Source: Smithella sp. M82 (GTDB lineage: Bacteria > Desulfobacterota > Syntrophia > Syntrophales > Smithellaceae). From it: a stretch of 64,000 nt of DNA. The DNA lies in contig MAEO01000126.1 in assembly GCA_001683985.1 (NCBI GenBank), forward strand, positions 1,308 to 65,307, read 5' to 3'. Position 1 is the first letter of the stretch; each line of letters begins with the position of its first letter. This document shows, piece by piece, positions 1 to 9,304 of the stretch. Position numbers and translations under genes: made by a program. Below the pieces are notes generated by a model that did not search any database, was not told the DNA's origin, and worked only from the letters and a program-made list of their open reading frames with translations.

Positions 1-2203
1 CTTTCACCTGTATGTCGTAAGTCAGGCTTCCCTGCGCGTCCATCCAGGCCTGCGCCAGATTCGCGGTTGTATTGCTCCAGTTATACTGAATAAGATTCCA
101 TGTGCCACTACGTGATCCCCAACCGTAGAATGATCCCAGCAACCAGCTCCAGAAACCGTTATACGAAGTATCCTGCATACTGGTCACTCTCATTGCCGCG
201 CTACCGTCAACGGTAGTATTAAATGTCTGGCCGCCCATCGCCGACGAAGTGTACCAATTGGCACTACTGGACATGTCGTCAGTAACCTGCTGTTTCTGGA
301 ATCCGCCGCCGCTGGTCAGGCCGACAGGTGCATCGTAGGTTACTGTACGGGACGTTTGACCTACAGTCCCTGTAATGGCCAGACGGACAAATTTACTCAA
401 GATCAATTTGGAGGAAGCCGGAACACTGATAGAACTGGTCCATAGATGATTAAATCCCGGATCGGACAAGGTTATATTATAAAGTGTGTTTCCTACCCTT
501 TTTTGATAATTGAAAACCCTGCCGTAATTGATATCCGAACCTCCTGAATTAACCAAAGTAAAATTTCCGTTATAGGCTGGTAAAACATTCACACCTGTGC
601 CTGTTGAATCCAGATTCAAATTTCCTCCCTTGGAAAGGCTTTGGGCAGAACCCGTCGTTTTGGCCAAAAGCCGGACATCCACGCCCGAAGAAATCGCCGG
701 CACTGATGTTGTCGGCGATGAGGCGGCAAAGCCGCTGAAGGTAATTGTGTTGCCTGAAACACTAAATCCCGTGTAGGAATAATAACCGGTGCCCACTTTA
801 AGATAACCGGCGGCAGAGGTGCTGAAATCCCCAGGAATTGTTCCATAAAAGGTTGCCGGAAGGGATGTTGCTCCAGCTCCTGTCGCACCGGAAGTATAAA
901 ACCAGAAAGGATACACTTTAATATTAAAGGAACCGTTATTGCTGAGAAAATAGTATGTTTTGTTATCCATATTTGTCAGCGCCGCATTTTTATTCGCTTC
1001 CGTGGAAGCGCTGCGGTAATTATAAGCCGCGTAACGGAATCCTGATTCCGCCAGATAATAAGCCTTGCGGGCTTGATCCGCATAAACCTCATTCATATAG
1101 GAAGAAGAAAACAGAGGCAGCATGGCCGCTCCCAACGCCGCCATAATCACCATTGTGATAATCAGGCTGACCAGAATACTGCCCCGCGATCGTAAAATCC
1201 CTGATATGGCGGGTATTCCCCGGCGTTTTGCGGCAAATAGAGCCGAGGTTAGAATAATCGAACCAAGAAGAATAAAGGGAATTGCCAACGGCGCGTACAT
1301 CAAACAAAAGGCCAAAACAACGATTGGCGCCAGCAGGCATCTTACCGCCCATATGGCCAGCGGTCTGTTATGAATGCTATTGGCAATGACAGGACCGTAT
1401 TCATAGTATTCTTTTATCAGCCATTTGCCTCCCGGCCAGTTGACAAGATGAGCATTGCGGAAATCCCGCAGAATCTGCACCATCGGATGAGCAGCATCTC
1501 CGTAAGCTGCTGTCGCCACAAAACAATTCCATCCTGTGGATATGGAAGTGGAACTGGGCGTGGCTGTAGGCGGCGGAGTGCCACCCAGGTTCCCATTATT
1601 CCGTGGATGTACCAGAGCAATAAGCGGCTGCAATGGTCTGCCGTCGGCCCGGGCAACGGTCATTTCCACTTTAATGGCCGAAAGATTTTTGTCGCTTCCC
1701 GTCGGCCATGTCGAGACAGGTGCATTAGCCCCGCTAATATATGACAAATTAAAATTACTGACATTATTGATAAGGATATCACCACTTGCCAGAGCAGTTC
1801 CACTGCCATTGGCAATTTTTATCGCCCCACTGTCTAGACCGATTGTGCGGACACAGTCGGTGGTACTGTAGCAGTTGCCCGTACCGGTAATAGGAAGAGT
1901 CGAATTACTGGCGGTGGAAGAAACATTGATCATTTCGGTGATTTCCCTGGTAAGCCGCGACATCGCCATCTGGGCTTTCTGGGTTGTTGCCGAATTTTCC
2001 TTGACTTCAACGTACCCCTTAATCGCCTGAGTAATGGCCAAACCGCCGACGGCAGCCAGAATACCCACCAGAATCATGGTTACGATAATCTCAATAAGGG
2101 TGAAACCGTTTTTCGGTCCGTTATTGCTGCAATCATGAACACGAAAAATTTTCTTGCACAACTGCTCCGGTAATTCGATTTTAAAATATTTTTTTATCAA
2201 CAT
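1..2203 (-). CDS. Large composite prepilin-type minor-pilin-like protein; 3' end lies outside the window (at least 734 aa)
   Basis: Absent from the ORF track because no stop lies inside the window. Hand translation of the minus strand from ATG at 2203 (5 nt after the stop of 2208..2675) stays open to position 1. aa 31-56 KNG|FTLIEIIVTMILVGILAAVGGLA is a prepilin cleavage/methylation motif (G-1, F+1, E+5). aa 227-329 read CFVATAAYG..ILRDFRN..hydrophobic helices..KRRG. aa 338-395 RGSILVSLIITMVIMAALGAAML..ARKAYYLAESGF is PilX-N-like. Start could instead be the in-frame TTG 14 codons downstream. Confidence 0.6.
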   Translation of the reverse strand, partial: MLIKKYFKIELPEQLCKKIFRVHDCSNNGPKNGFTLIEIIVTMILVGILAAVGGLAITQAIKGYVEVKENSATTQKAQMAMSRLTREITEMINVSSTASNSTLPITGTGNCYSTTDCVRTIGLDSGAIKIANGSGTALASGDILINNVSNFNLSYISGANAPVSTWPTGSDKNLSAIKVEMTVARADGRPLQPLIALVHPRNNGNLGGTPPPTATPSSTSISTGWNCFVATAAYGDAAHPMVQILRDFRNAHLVNWPGGKWLIKEYYEYGPVIANSIHNRPLAIWAVRCLLAPIVVLAFCLMYAPLAIPFILLGSIILTSALFAAKRRGIPAISGILRSRGSILVSLIITMVIMAALGAAMLPLFSSSYMNEVYADQARKAYYLAESGFRYAAYNYRSASTEANKNAALTNMDNKTYYFLSNNGSFNIKVYPFWFYTSGATGAGATSLPATFYGTIPGDFSTSAAGYLKVGTGYYSYTGFSVSGNTITFSGFAASSPTTSVPAISSGVDVRLLAKTTGSAQSLSKGGNLNLDSTGTGVNVLPAYNGNFTLVNSGGSDINYGRVFNYQKRVGNTLYNITLSDPGFNHLWTSSISVPASSKLILSKFVRLAITGTVGQTSRTVTYDAPVGLTSGGGFQKQQVTDDMSSSANWYTSSAMGGQTFNTTVDGSAAMRVTSMQDTSYNGFWSWLLGSFYGWGSRSGTWNLIQYNWSNTTANLAQAWMDAQGSLTYDIQVK

Positions 2204-2207
2204 AATT

Positions 2208-2675
2208 TTACTCCGTAAAAATCGCGGTAGCCGTTAAATCATGGTATTTGATGGTTATCTTATGAACGCCGCTGCTTCCTGATGCTTCAGTAGGCGGATT
2301 TCCGGAAAATGTTATAGTGTTATTGGCGATAACGTAATAGGGGTGATCTGCGTCGGAATAGTATGTTTTGGTTTCCGCTTCCGAAGCTGAACCGACATTG
2401 CTGTTAAAATTCGAATACGCCGTAGCCGGCGATTGACCGTTTAGCGCGCCGTAGGACATATAATATTTATAGTCGGCGGTCATTTTCTCCATAATTGTAT
2501 TCAAATAGGTACCGTTTTGCGCCAGAATAACCGGATTGTAACTCTTCATCATGCCCGTACCCATGAATTGCACCAGCATGGCACCAAGAATGGCCGCCAC
2601 TACCAGTGACACGACAACCTCCAGAAGAGTAAATCCGCTATTGTTTTTTATCTTATGTGATCGTCGATAAATCAT
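2208..2675 (-). CDS. Prepilin-type minor pilin / pseudopilin
   Basis: The 155-aa ORF has N-terminus MIYRRSHKIKNNSG|FTLLEVVVSLVVAAILGAML (G-1, F+1, E+5 plus a hydrophobic helix). It lies in tandem with two other prepilin-type genes. Confidence 0.75.
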   Translation of the reverse strand: MIYRRSHKIKNNSGFTLLEVVVSLVVAAILGAMLVQFMGTGMMKSYNPVILAQNGTYLNTIMEKMTADYKYYMSYGALNGQSPATAYSNFNSNVGSASEAETKTYYSDADHPYYVIANNTITFSGNPPTEASGSSGVHKITIKYHDLTATAIFTE

Positions 2676-2693
2676 GTAATTCCCCCGTAGAGA

Positions 2694-3158
2694 CTATGGA
2701 ATAAATCCCGTGTTTTTGGTAACCGTTATATCCCCGCCATTGGTTGTGATGGTCAGTGTCGCATTGCCCGGACTACCATATGCATTAAATGTAACACGGG
2801 GTATCGTAGCCGCGGAAGTAACGGATAAAGCAGATTTCTTTGTTGTTAAATCAACCGTTGCACTGTTCTCTCCGGAAATCGCAACAGGTGTTGTTGATCC
2901 TTCCCCTTCAAACATGTAATAGGTCGTGGAAGAAGAAAAGCAAATACCCCAGGGACTGCTGGCGCTCATTGCCCGGGCCTGTGCCAGACGAAGATGAGTT
3001 TTGAGAACCTCCAGTTGAGAGGCAAGATCATAAGAACTCGTATCAGACAATCGAACAAAGGCAACAACGGCAAGGATGGCAATAATCATAAGGCCAGATA
3101 TGACTTCGACCATGGTAAAACCACGCTGATTTTTGAATTGTTCTGCATTTTTAATCAT
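2694..3158 (-). CDS. Prepilin-type minor pilin, GspH/FimT-like
   Basis: The 154-aa ORF has N-terminus ..KNQRG|FTMVEVISGLMIIAILAVVAFV. The downstream segment LEVLKTHLRLAQARAM resembles the GspH/FimT helix. Its start shares one nucleotide with the upstream stop (TGATG at 3156-3160). Confidence 0.7.
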   Translation of the reverse strand: MIKNAEQFKNQRGFTMVEVISGLMIIAILAVVAFVRLSDTSSYDLASQLEVLKTHLRLAQARAMSASSPWGICFSSSTTYYMFEGEGSTTPVAISGENSATVDLTTKKSALSVTSAATIPRVTFNAYGSPGNATLTITTNGGDITVTKNTGFIP

Positions 3159-3772
3159 CAGCGCACCTCCGAAAAAATATTTCCCGGATAATAATTATCG
3201 ACAGCTATTTTCAATAGAATGGTTATACCCAATCCGGTAATGGAAAATATCGCTGCAAAATAAATCGCCACTGGGACACGGATATACAATGTGCCCACCA
3301 GACCATTCAGGATAACCAGACCCGCATAAAGAATCATTCCAACACGGGCGAGACGGATGGCGGATTCTCCTCTTGTATAAACAGCAACACCCAAAGCTAT
3401 AAGCTCTATTGCCAGCAGAAGTCCTATGAGCGGCTGAAGAGTCAACCATTCTGTATAATGCAGCCCCCCTGACAGATACAGTCCTATCATCAGGATGAAT
3501 CCCAAAATCAGGTAGAAAAAACCGGTCAGGAAAAAGTAAAAAGAACATTCCTTTTTTGTTACAGGATTACGGAAACCAAGGGTAAGATTTGTTGAAAAAG
3601 CCGAATTACCGAATAAACGCTTCAGAAAAAAATGCGGTCCGGCGAGTTCTTGTTCCGGCAGGCGCGCCATTATCTTTTCCGTAAAACCTTCCGGAGGATT
3701 TTTCGGGGAAGTATTTTCCATAATTCCGGTAAGATCGCGAAAACGCTCCCACTCTTTTTCATCTTTAAACAT
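3158..3772 (-). CDS. Putative membrane anti-sigma factor (context-based)
   Basis: 204 aa with a soluble N-terminus followed by about 5 hydrophobic helices. It lies directly downstream of the ECF sigma gene, with an AGGAG RBS upstream of ATG 3772. No zf-HC2 motif was seen, so the call rests on position and topology. Confidence 0.45.
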   Translation of the reverse strand: MFKDEKEWERFRDLTGIMENTSPKNPPEGFTEKIMARLPEQELAGPHFFLKRLFGNSAFSTNLTLGFRNPVTKKECSFYFFLTGFFYLILGFILMIGLYLSGGLHYTEWLTLQPLIGLLLAIELIALGVAVYTRGESAIRLARVGMILYAGLVILNGLVGTLYIRVPVAIYFAAIFSITGLGITILLKIAVDNYYPGNIFSEVR

Positions 3773-3824
3773 TATTTTTCTCCTTTAGACCTTTGCAAAA
3801 CTGCATAGAGCCAGTAATTATGTC

Positions 3825-3882
3825 ATGACGGCGGAGGCCGTCATCCAGTGTTTTATCCCTGGATTCCCGATCAGGTCGGGAA
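3825..3882. repeat. Two REP-like hairpins in the sigma/anti-sigma intercistronic spacer
   Basis: ATGACGGC-ggag-GCCGTCAT (3825-3844) and TTCCCGA-tcagg-TCGGGAA (3864-3882). The TGACGG..CCGTCA palindrome also occurs in the R arm of the large repeat family. Confidence 0.6.
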
Positions 3883-3934
3883 TGACGAATGAATAAGTTC
3901 TGCAAATTTCTCTCCTTTGTAAATATATACAATT

Positions 3935-4522
3935 TTACCTGTCAGAAGTCACATTTTCTTCAATATATTTTCGTAATTTTTCCAAACCCCTGTAAACACG
4001 CATCTTGATAGCGCTAAGTGATAGTCCTGTGATATCGGAAATTACTTCAAAGGAAAGTCCTTGATAGAAGCGCAGTATCAACAACTCGCGCAGTTCTGGA
4101 GATATTTTTTGGAGACAAATTTCCAGTATTTCTTCCCGTTCTTTACTCAATTCATCTCCGGCCCGGGTCTCTGGCGCAATAAGTTGATTATTACCGAAAT
4201 CGCTTGTGCCGGGCATCCTTTCTCCTTGACGTATACCATCCAACCGGTGATAGCTGCTTTTTTTCAAGTGATTGCGGATAATATTAAGACTGACTGTATA
4301 GATCCAGGTGAAGAAACTCCGTTTGACATCATAGCGGTACAACTGATTGAAGGAACGTAGAAATGTCTCCTGCGCCAGATCTTCGGCATCCTGCAAATTT
4401 CCGGTCATGCGATAGGCTAAATTGTAAATTGGAATCTTATACTCTTCGATTAACAAAGCATACGCTTGCCTGTCTCCCTTCAGAACCTTGGCAACGATTT
4501 CTGCTTCGTTTTTATGATCCAT
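3935..4522 (-). CDS. ECF-type RNA polymerase sigma-70 family factor
   Basis: Region 2 (DAEDLAQETFLRSF) and region 4 (LSAIKMRVYRGLEKLR) motifs are present. I place the start at the internal ATG 4522 (MDHKNEAEIV..) because the track's 29-aa N-terminal extension to 4609 looks non-coding. Confidence 0.85.
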   Translation of the reverse strand: MDHKNEAEIVAKVLKGDRQAYALLIEEYKIPIYNLAYRMTGNLQDAEDLAQETFLRSFNQLYRYDVKRSFFTWIYTVSLNIIRNHLKKSSYHRLDGIRQGERMPGTSDFGNNQLIAPETRAGDELSKEREEILEICLQKISPELRELLILRFYQGLSFEVISDITGLSLSAIKMRVYRGLEKLRKYIEENVTSDR

Positions 4523-4635
4523 GTTCGTTTTTAACTGAGTATATTTTTTATTTCTGCAACACTGCCCGCCTGGTGCAGTGCGTCGGAAGCAGACTGTCAT
4601 ATCGACCATAGGGAGATATCTGTTTTAACACCCAC

Positions 4636-4675
4636 AAGGATTAGATTTCTCGCTTCGCTCGAAATGACAATATTG
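4636..4675 (+). repeat. Short dispersed ~35-nt repeat, copy 1
   Basis: ttagatttctcgcttcgctcgaaatgacaatattg matches the reverse complement of 55481-55520 with 2-3 differences. Confidence 0.6.
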
Positions 4676-5030
4676 CAAAGAAGCATTAGACGCACTACAT
4701 TAAATCTTTAAAATTAATAATATTACCATACCAATCTAATATCAAGTAAATTCGGCGTAGACGTTAAATCATTCTTCACAATCAGAAACCAAAATTATCA
4801 GCCCATGCAAATTTTATGATAAAATATTTTTGGACAAATTAATTTAAAAATAGTACTTATTATAAATCTTATAATTAAATAGAATTTGGTAATGCAGGGA
4901 TTGCTTCCTCGAACATTACGGAGGACGGTGTTTTGGGAAAAAGCGCGCTTCAAAAGATTCGATAAAAGAAAGAATGGATGCCCGACAAGCTAATTCGGCA
5001 TGACAAAAGAAAATAAGGAGGGTTCTTTTT

Positions 5031-6131
5031 ATGTTGTGCGGCAAGACAATCGCCGTTGTTGTTCCCGCGTACAATGAAGAAAAACAAATAAAGCAGGTTT
5101 TGGAAACCATGCCTGATTTTGTTGATCGCATTATTGTCGTCAACGATTGTTCCACAGACAGCACAGCCGCCATCGTTTTAGATTACATCAGTAAACAGCA
5201 GCCATCTCCGACAATTATTAAAAACAATGCTCTCAGTAACAGCAAAAACAAGTACAACAAAGCTGAAGATTTACTTAAAGAAAAACAAGAAAGCGATATA
5301 AAACTTTTTATTCCTTCGGAAATTGCCAATACCCACCCTGAATCCGACAGGATAATTCTTATCAATAATTTGAAAAACGGAGGCGTTGGATCGGCTATCG
5401 CCCGTGGCTACAAATGGTGTCTGGATAACAATATTGATTGTACCGCTTCCATGGATGGCGATGGGCAGATGGATCCGGCAGAATTGGAATCAATCTGCAA
5501 ACCAATTGTCCGTGAAGAAGTTGATTGTGTCAAAGGTAACCGGCTCATTCACGGCGGTGTGCGCCTGGTCATGCCTAAAACCCGTTATTTCGGCAACGCC
5601 ATCTTATCTATCTTAACTAAGATAGCCTCCGGCTACTGGCATATTTCAGATACGCAGTGCGGCTATCGCGCTCTATCATTATCAGCCTTAAATTCAATGA
5701 GATTGCATAAAATTTATAAGAGTTACGGCATGCCGAATGACATACTTATTAGATTAAACATTGCTTTCTGCACTTTAAAGGAAGTAAAAATAAAGCCTGT
5801 TTATAATATCGGCGAAAAATCTAAAATGAAAGTATATAAGGTAATTCCCCGAATAGCCTGGCTGCTTTTTATAAGCTTTTTTAAAAGACTATGGATAAAA
5901 TATCTTTTTCGCGATTTTCATCCGCTTTTTTTACTTTATCATTTCGCCTTTTTTTTAGGCATTTTTACTATCCCGTACGCCCTGAAAATTATCAACATTA
6001 CTATTTCCGGAGGCTCGGTTTCACCAGTAACCATGCTCGCATTCTTCTTTCTTTTTACCGGCAGTTTCCAATCTCTTTTATTCGCCATGTGGATGGATAT
6101 CCAGGATAATGAAAGACTTTATAAAACATGA
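5031..6131 (+). CDS. Family 2 glycosyltransferase with C-terminal membrane helices
   Basis: The N-terminus IAVVVPAYNEEKQI..VVNDCSTDST and a DGDGQ (DxD-like) motif are typical of GT2. The C-terminal ~90 aa are hydrophobic. Confidence 0.85.
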   Translation: MLCGKTIAVVVPAYNEEKQIKQVLETMPDFVDRIIVVNDCSTDSTAAIVLDYISKQQPSPTIIKNNALSNSKNKYNKAEDLLKEKQESDIKLFIPSEIANTHPESDRIILINNLKNGGVGSAIARGYKWCLDNNIDCTASMDGDGQMDPAELESICKPIVREEVDCVKGNRLIHGGVRLVMPKTRYFGNAILSILTKIASGYWHISDTQCGYRALSLSALNSMRLHKIYKSYGMPNDILIRLNIAFCTLKEVKIKPVYNIGEKSKMKVYKVIPRIAWLLFISFFKRLWIKYLFRDFHPLFLLYHFAFFLGIFTIPYALKIINITISGGSVSPVTMLAFFFLFTGSFQSLLFAMWMDIQDNERLYKT

Positions 6132-6205
6132 TGGATTTTTGACAAAGAAAATAAACATGACCAATAATTAGGAAGAAGCCTGTCCATTGAATAGATAAAT
6201 TCAAG

Positions 6206-7645
6206 TCAGCTGTAAACATTTATAATGTTTAATTTTAAGGCCAATCTTAGAATGTCCCTGCATATTTTAAGACGGAAAGGAACCGCTAATATTTTCCCCC
6301 ACAGCAGACCAAATTTATCAATTAACTTGTTCCTTATCAACCAGCACTCCGCTTCTTTCTCCGCATATCTGAAAATATTATAACGATCTTTTTTGGTAAA
6401 ATCTTTTGTGTCGAATTGAACGCCAATGTCATCGGTGCATTCGTTATGGGTAAGAACATACTCGTAAGGCGCGTAGTATAAGTTTGCATTCCCTTCCACC
6501 CACTTTTCCAATCTGGTTGTAGGATAAGCAATGATCATTGAATATCTCGGTATATATATTTTATTTTCCTTGAAAAATTTAATCGACTTGATGACCTTTT
6601 CTTTATTATCTCCGGGAAGTCCTACAAGAAAAAAAGCTTTTGATATAATCCCGGCTTCGTTAACAGCTTTTATAGCCTTTTTAATCTGCTCCAATGTTTC
6701 CCCTTTTTTTATCATTTTCAAAACATCCGGATCAACCGATTCAATACCCATTGCCAGAAGTTTACAGCCCGCTTTTTTCATAAGTCTGGCTATTTCCGGC
6801 GTCATTTTATCGGCTCTTATTCCCTGAGGACAGTCCCATTCAATCTGCATGTCTTTCTCAATCAGCAGATTACAAAAATCAATGACTCTTTGTTTGTCGA
6901 AATTGAAAGTATCATCGGCTATCGTAAAATACTTTGTATTAAACTTTTTCATATTCAATTCTATTTCCTGCACAAGACTTTGTGCCGACCTTGGTCTGTA
7001 TTTCCTACCATGAATCAAATATGAACAACAGTAACTGCAATTATAAGGACATCCTCTGCTTGTAAAAAGAGGCAAGGTAAGGGTTTTCCCGACTCTGTAT
7101 TTATCAAGAGGAAACAATCCAAAATCAACAAACGGAAGGGAATCGAGATCGTTAATATGCTCAGGTTTTGGATTAAAATGTTTTGTGTTGCCATCCTTGT
7201 AACCAAATCCTTTCGTTTGTCTCATTTTTCCCTTATCAGGGAAAGCATTGACAAATTCTGTGATGGTTTTATCAGCCTCACCTACGCAGATATAATCAAC
7301 AGATTCCGGGTCTAGAGCTTTTTCCGGACACATGGTTGTATGAGGACCACCAATAACTGTTACTATACTTGAATCATTTTTTTTGACTATTTCGCATAAA
7401 TTTACCGCGTTTAAATAATCGAAACTCGAAGCTGAAAAACCGATTATATGAGGCTTGAAATCGGTTATTGCCGCTAGCAAATTATCATTCCCATATCCTT
7501 TTAAACGCAAATCCAGAATCATTGTTTTAAATCCGGCTTTAATCAGAATTGATGCCAGCAGTCCTAAACCTAAAAGGGGAGTTGTCGGATAACCGTAAAC
7601 ACTGCGTGCGTCCGGTTTTACAAGCATTACTTTTGTACAACTCAT
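6206..7645 (-). CDS. B12-binding-domain radical SAM protein
   Basis: An N-terminal Rossmann-like B12-binding region is followed by the CxxxCxxC cluster motif (GCPYNCSYCC). A 4-nt overlap with the upstream gene (7642-7645) indicates an operon. Confidence 0.85.
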   Translation of the reverse strand: MSCTKVMLVKPDARSVYGYPTTPLLGLGLLASILIKAGFKTMILDLRLKGYGNDNLLAAITDFKPHIIGFSASSFDYLNAVNLCEIVKKNDSSIVTVIGGPHTTMCPEKALDPESVDYICVGEADKTITEFVNAFPDKGKMRQTKGFGYKDGNTKHFNPKPEHINDLDSLPFVDFGLFPLDKYRVGKTLTLPLFTSRGCPYNCSYCCSYLIHGRKYRPRSAQSLVQEIELNMKKFNTKYFTIADDTFNFDKQRVIDFCNLLIEKDMQIEWDCPQGIRADKMTPEIARLMKKAGCKLLAMGIESVDPDVLKMIKKGETLEQIKKAIKAVNEAGIISKAFFLVGLPGDNKEKVIKSIKFFKENKIYIPRYSMIIAYPTTRLEKWVEGNANLYYAPYEYVLTHNECTDDIGVQFDTKDFTKKDRYNIFRYAEKEAECWLIRNKLIDKFGLLWGKILAVPFRLKICRDILRLALKLNIINVYS

Positions 7646-8595
7646 TTTATTTCCTTTACACTCGGGAAATATTTTTTTCTTCCTATAATCAGAACAGAAA
7701 CTGCTCCCATAATCAGATCCGCAATTAGTGTAATTAGTCTAATAATCATCGGGAAGATCAGAGCAAACTGAATTCCATCGGCATTTCTTAAAATAAGATA
7801 CATTGTTCCTTCTCTTACACCCAAACCACCCGGCACTATAAGAATCAAAAAGCCAATCACATCACCCAGCAACATTGCCGATGAAATAGAGATTATTTTT
7901 GAAATATTCAAATTGATTCCCATGCCCATTGCAATAAAACACCCCGCCAATCCCCAGAAAAAAGCGCCTATAATATAAAATAATTCCATGGATAGAATCC
8001 GGGATGTTGACAATTGTCTAAAAACGAACTTCTGTCCGCTTATTCGTGAAACCATATCCACAAATAATTTCATAATATTCCTGTTGAATATAAGCAAATT
8101 AACAATAATCAGCAAACATATTAATATTGTCAGTCCTGTTTGCAAATGATGCCAATCGTAACACATTATCAATAAAAAACTACCCATTAATAAAGATACC
8201 AGAACAGGTAATACAGCGGTCATGGCGTTAAGGTATAAAGCTGTCGTTTTCGGAACACCCTTTGATGCAAGCCAGTAGATTTGAAACACATATGACCATA
8301 GCTTTCCCGGTATGTATTTTCCCAACTGCGAAATATTAACCAAAGCTATGCTTTGCGTAAATTTTAACTTTTTCTGATTATCAAAGTAGTTTATCCCCAG
8401 ATGCCAGCTCAATGTCGTGCACAAATAATTGGCGATCATCATGAAAATACCCAAGACAATATATCCCCAATTTATTTGTAAAGGAAACGATCTGACGGAT
8501 TCCCAGTTCGCCCTAAACTCCCGGTAGAAGAATAATATGAACACCGCCACGACAGCAACCGAGAGCAATGATTTTAAGTATTTTTTATAAGCCAT
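7642..8595 (-). CDS. Polytopic membrane protein, lysyl-PG-synthase-TM/flippase-like family
   Basis: 317 aa with about 8 hydrophobic helices. The pattern ..GKYIPGKLW.. and ..VPGGLGVREG.. is typical of the UPF0104/LPG_synthase_TM family that often accompanies GT2 genes. Confidence 0.6.
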   Translation of the reverse strand: MAYKKYLKSLLSVAVVAVFILFFYREFRANWESVRSFPLQINWGYIVLGIFMMIANYLCTTLSWHLGINYFDNQKKLKFTQSIALVNISQLGKYIPGKLWSYVFQIYWLASKGVPKTTALYLNAMTAVLPVLVSLLMGSFLLIMCYDWHHLQTGLTILICLLIIVNLLIFNRNIMKLFVDMVSRISGQKFVFRQLSTSRILSMELFYIIGAFFWGLAGCFIAMGMGINLNISKIISISSAMLLGDVIGFLILIVPGGLGVREGTMYLILRNADGIQFALIFPMIIRLITLIADLIMGAVSVLIIGRKKYFPSVKEIK

Positions 8596-8599
8596 TTCA

Positions 8600-9304
8600 T
8601 CATCCTGACTTTTCCAGAATATAAATATTAGTCGGACTGATAATGCTTACTATTTCAGGCAATTTAATGCCGAATGGAATTTTATATTCGCTTGAATACT
8701 TTTCGGATTCATTGATAACGTCAACGGTGCAATCAACTACGCTGAATTTTGCGATTGATGCAAGTTTTTTCAGAAATGGATGAGATATAAGATATACATC
8801 TTCCTGATTCCTTCCTAGATATTTGGCCAGTTTTAGAAACAACCTTTGCGGAAGATAATGTAAAAAAGGAATTTTATAATAAGGTTCTGTCGGATAATAC
8901 CTGTTAGGATTGGCAACGTAACAAATACCATTATTTTTCAGCAGGCGGTTAACTTCCATCAATAATTTCAGTTTATCTTCCGTATGAGCCAGAACATGAT
9001 TTAATATGGCAATATCAAACCCGTCATCGAAAAACTGCGACAAATCTTTTTCTATTTTAATGAATTTTATTTTATTTCTGACATCCGGTGAAACCTGGTC
9101 AACAACATCCGTTGCCCATACGCTGTTTCGTTCTGAAAAATACGCGGCAATATGTCCGCTGCCGCATCCGATATCAATTATTTTTTTATCAGCAAGCCTA
9201 TCGTCTTTACTTCCCAAATATTGCAATAAAACTGATTCTATCTTCTTTGCTTTAATCAACCTGCCGTAATCTACTGCATAGCCCCGTTCCAGATATTTAT
9301 TCAT
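8600..9304 (-). CDS. Class I SAM-dependent methyltransferase
   Basis: Motif I reads [12 protein letters not shown]. The acidic loop and post-I motifs fit Methyltransf_11/23-type enzymes. Confidence 0.8.
   Translation of the reverse strand: MNKYLERGYAVDYGRLIKAKKIESVLLQYLGSKDDRLADKKIIDIGCGSGHIAAYFSERNSVWATDVVDQVSPDVRNKIKFIKIEKDLSQFFDDGFDIAILNHVLAHTEDKLKLLMEVNRLLKNNGICYVANPNRYYPTEPYYKIPFLHYLPQRLFLKLAKYLGRNQEDVYLISHPFLKKLASIAKFSVVDCTVDVINESEKYSSEYKIPFGIKLPEIVSIISPTNIYILEKSG

Noticed and set aside
616-1871. Track ORFs 616..888, 955..1146, 1089..1352, 1122..1373, 1370..1744, 1417..1656 and 1536..1871
   Set aside because: All lie inside, and out of frame with or antisense to, the long open minus-strand frame (1..2203), which carries prepilin and PilX-like motifs. 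They are Arg/Pro/Gly-rich shadow ORFs.
4523-4609. N-terminal extensions proposed by the track for the ECF sigma (to 4609), FdtA-like (to 10868), OmpA (to 51177) and EF-G (to 57769) genes
   Set aside because: In each case an internal ATG with a better RBS matches the start of family homology. The extensions overlap neighbouring genes or translate hairpin repeats.
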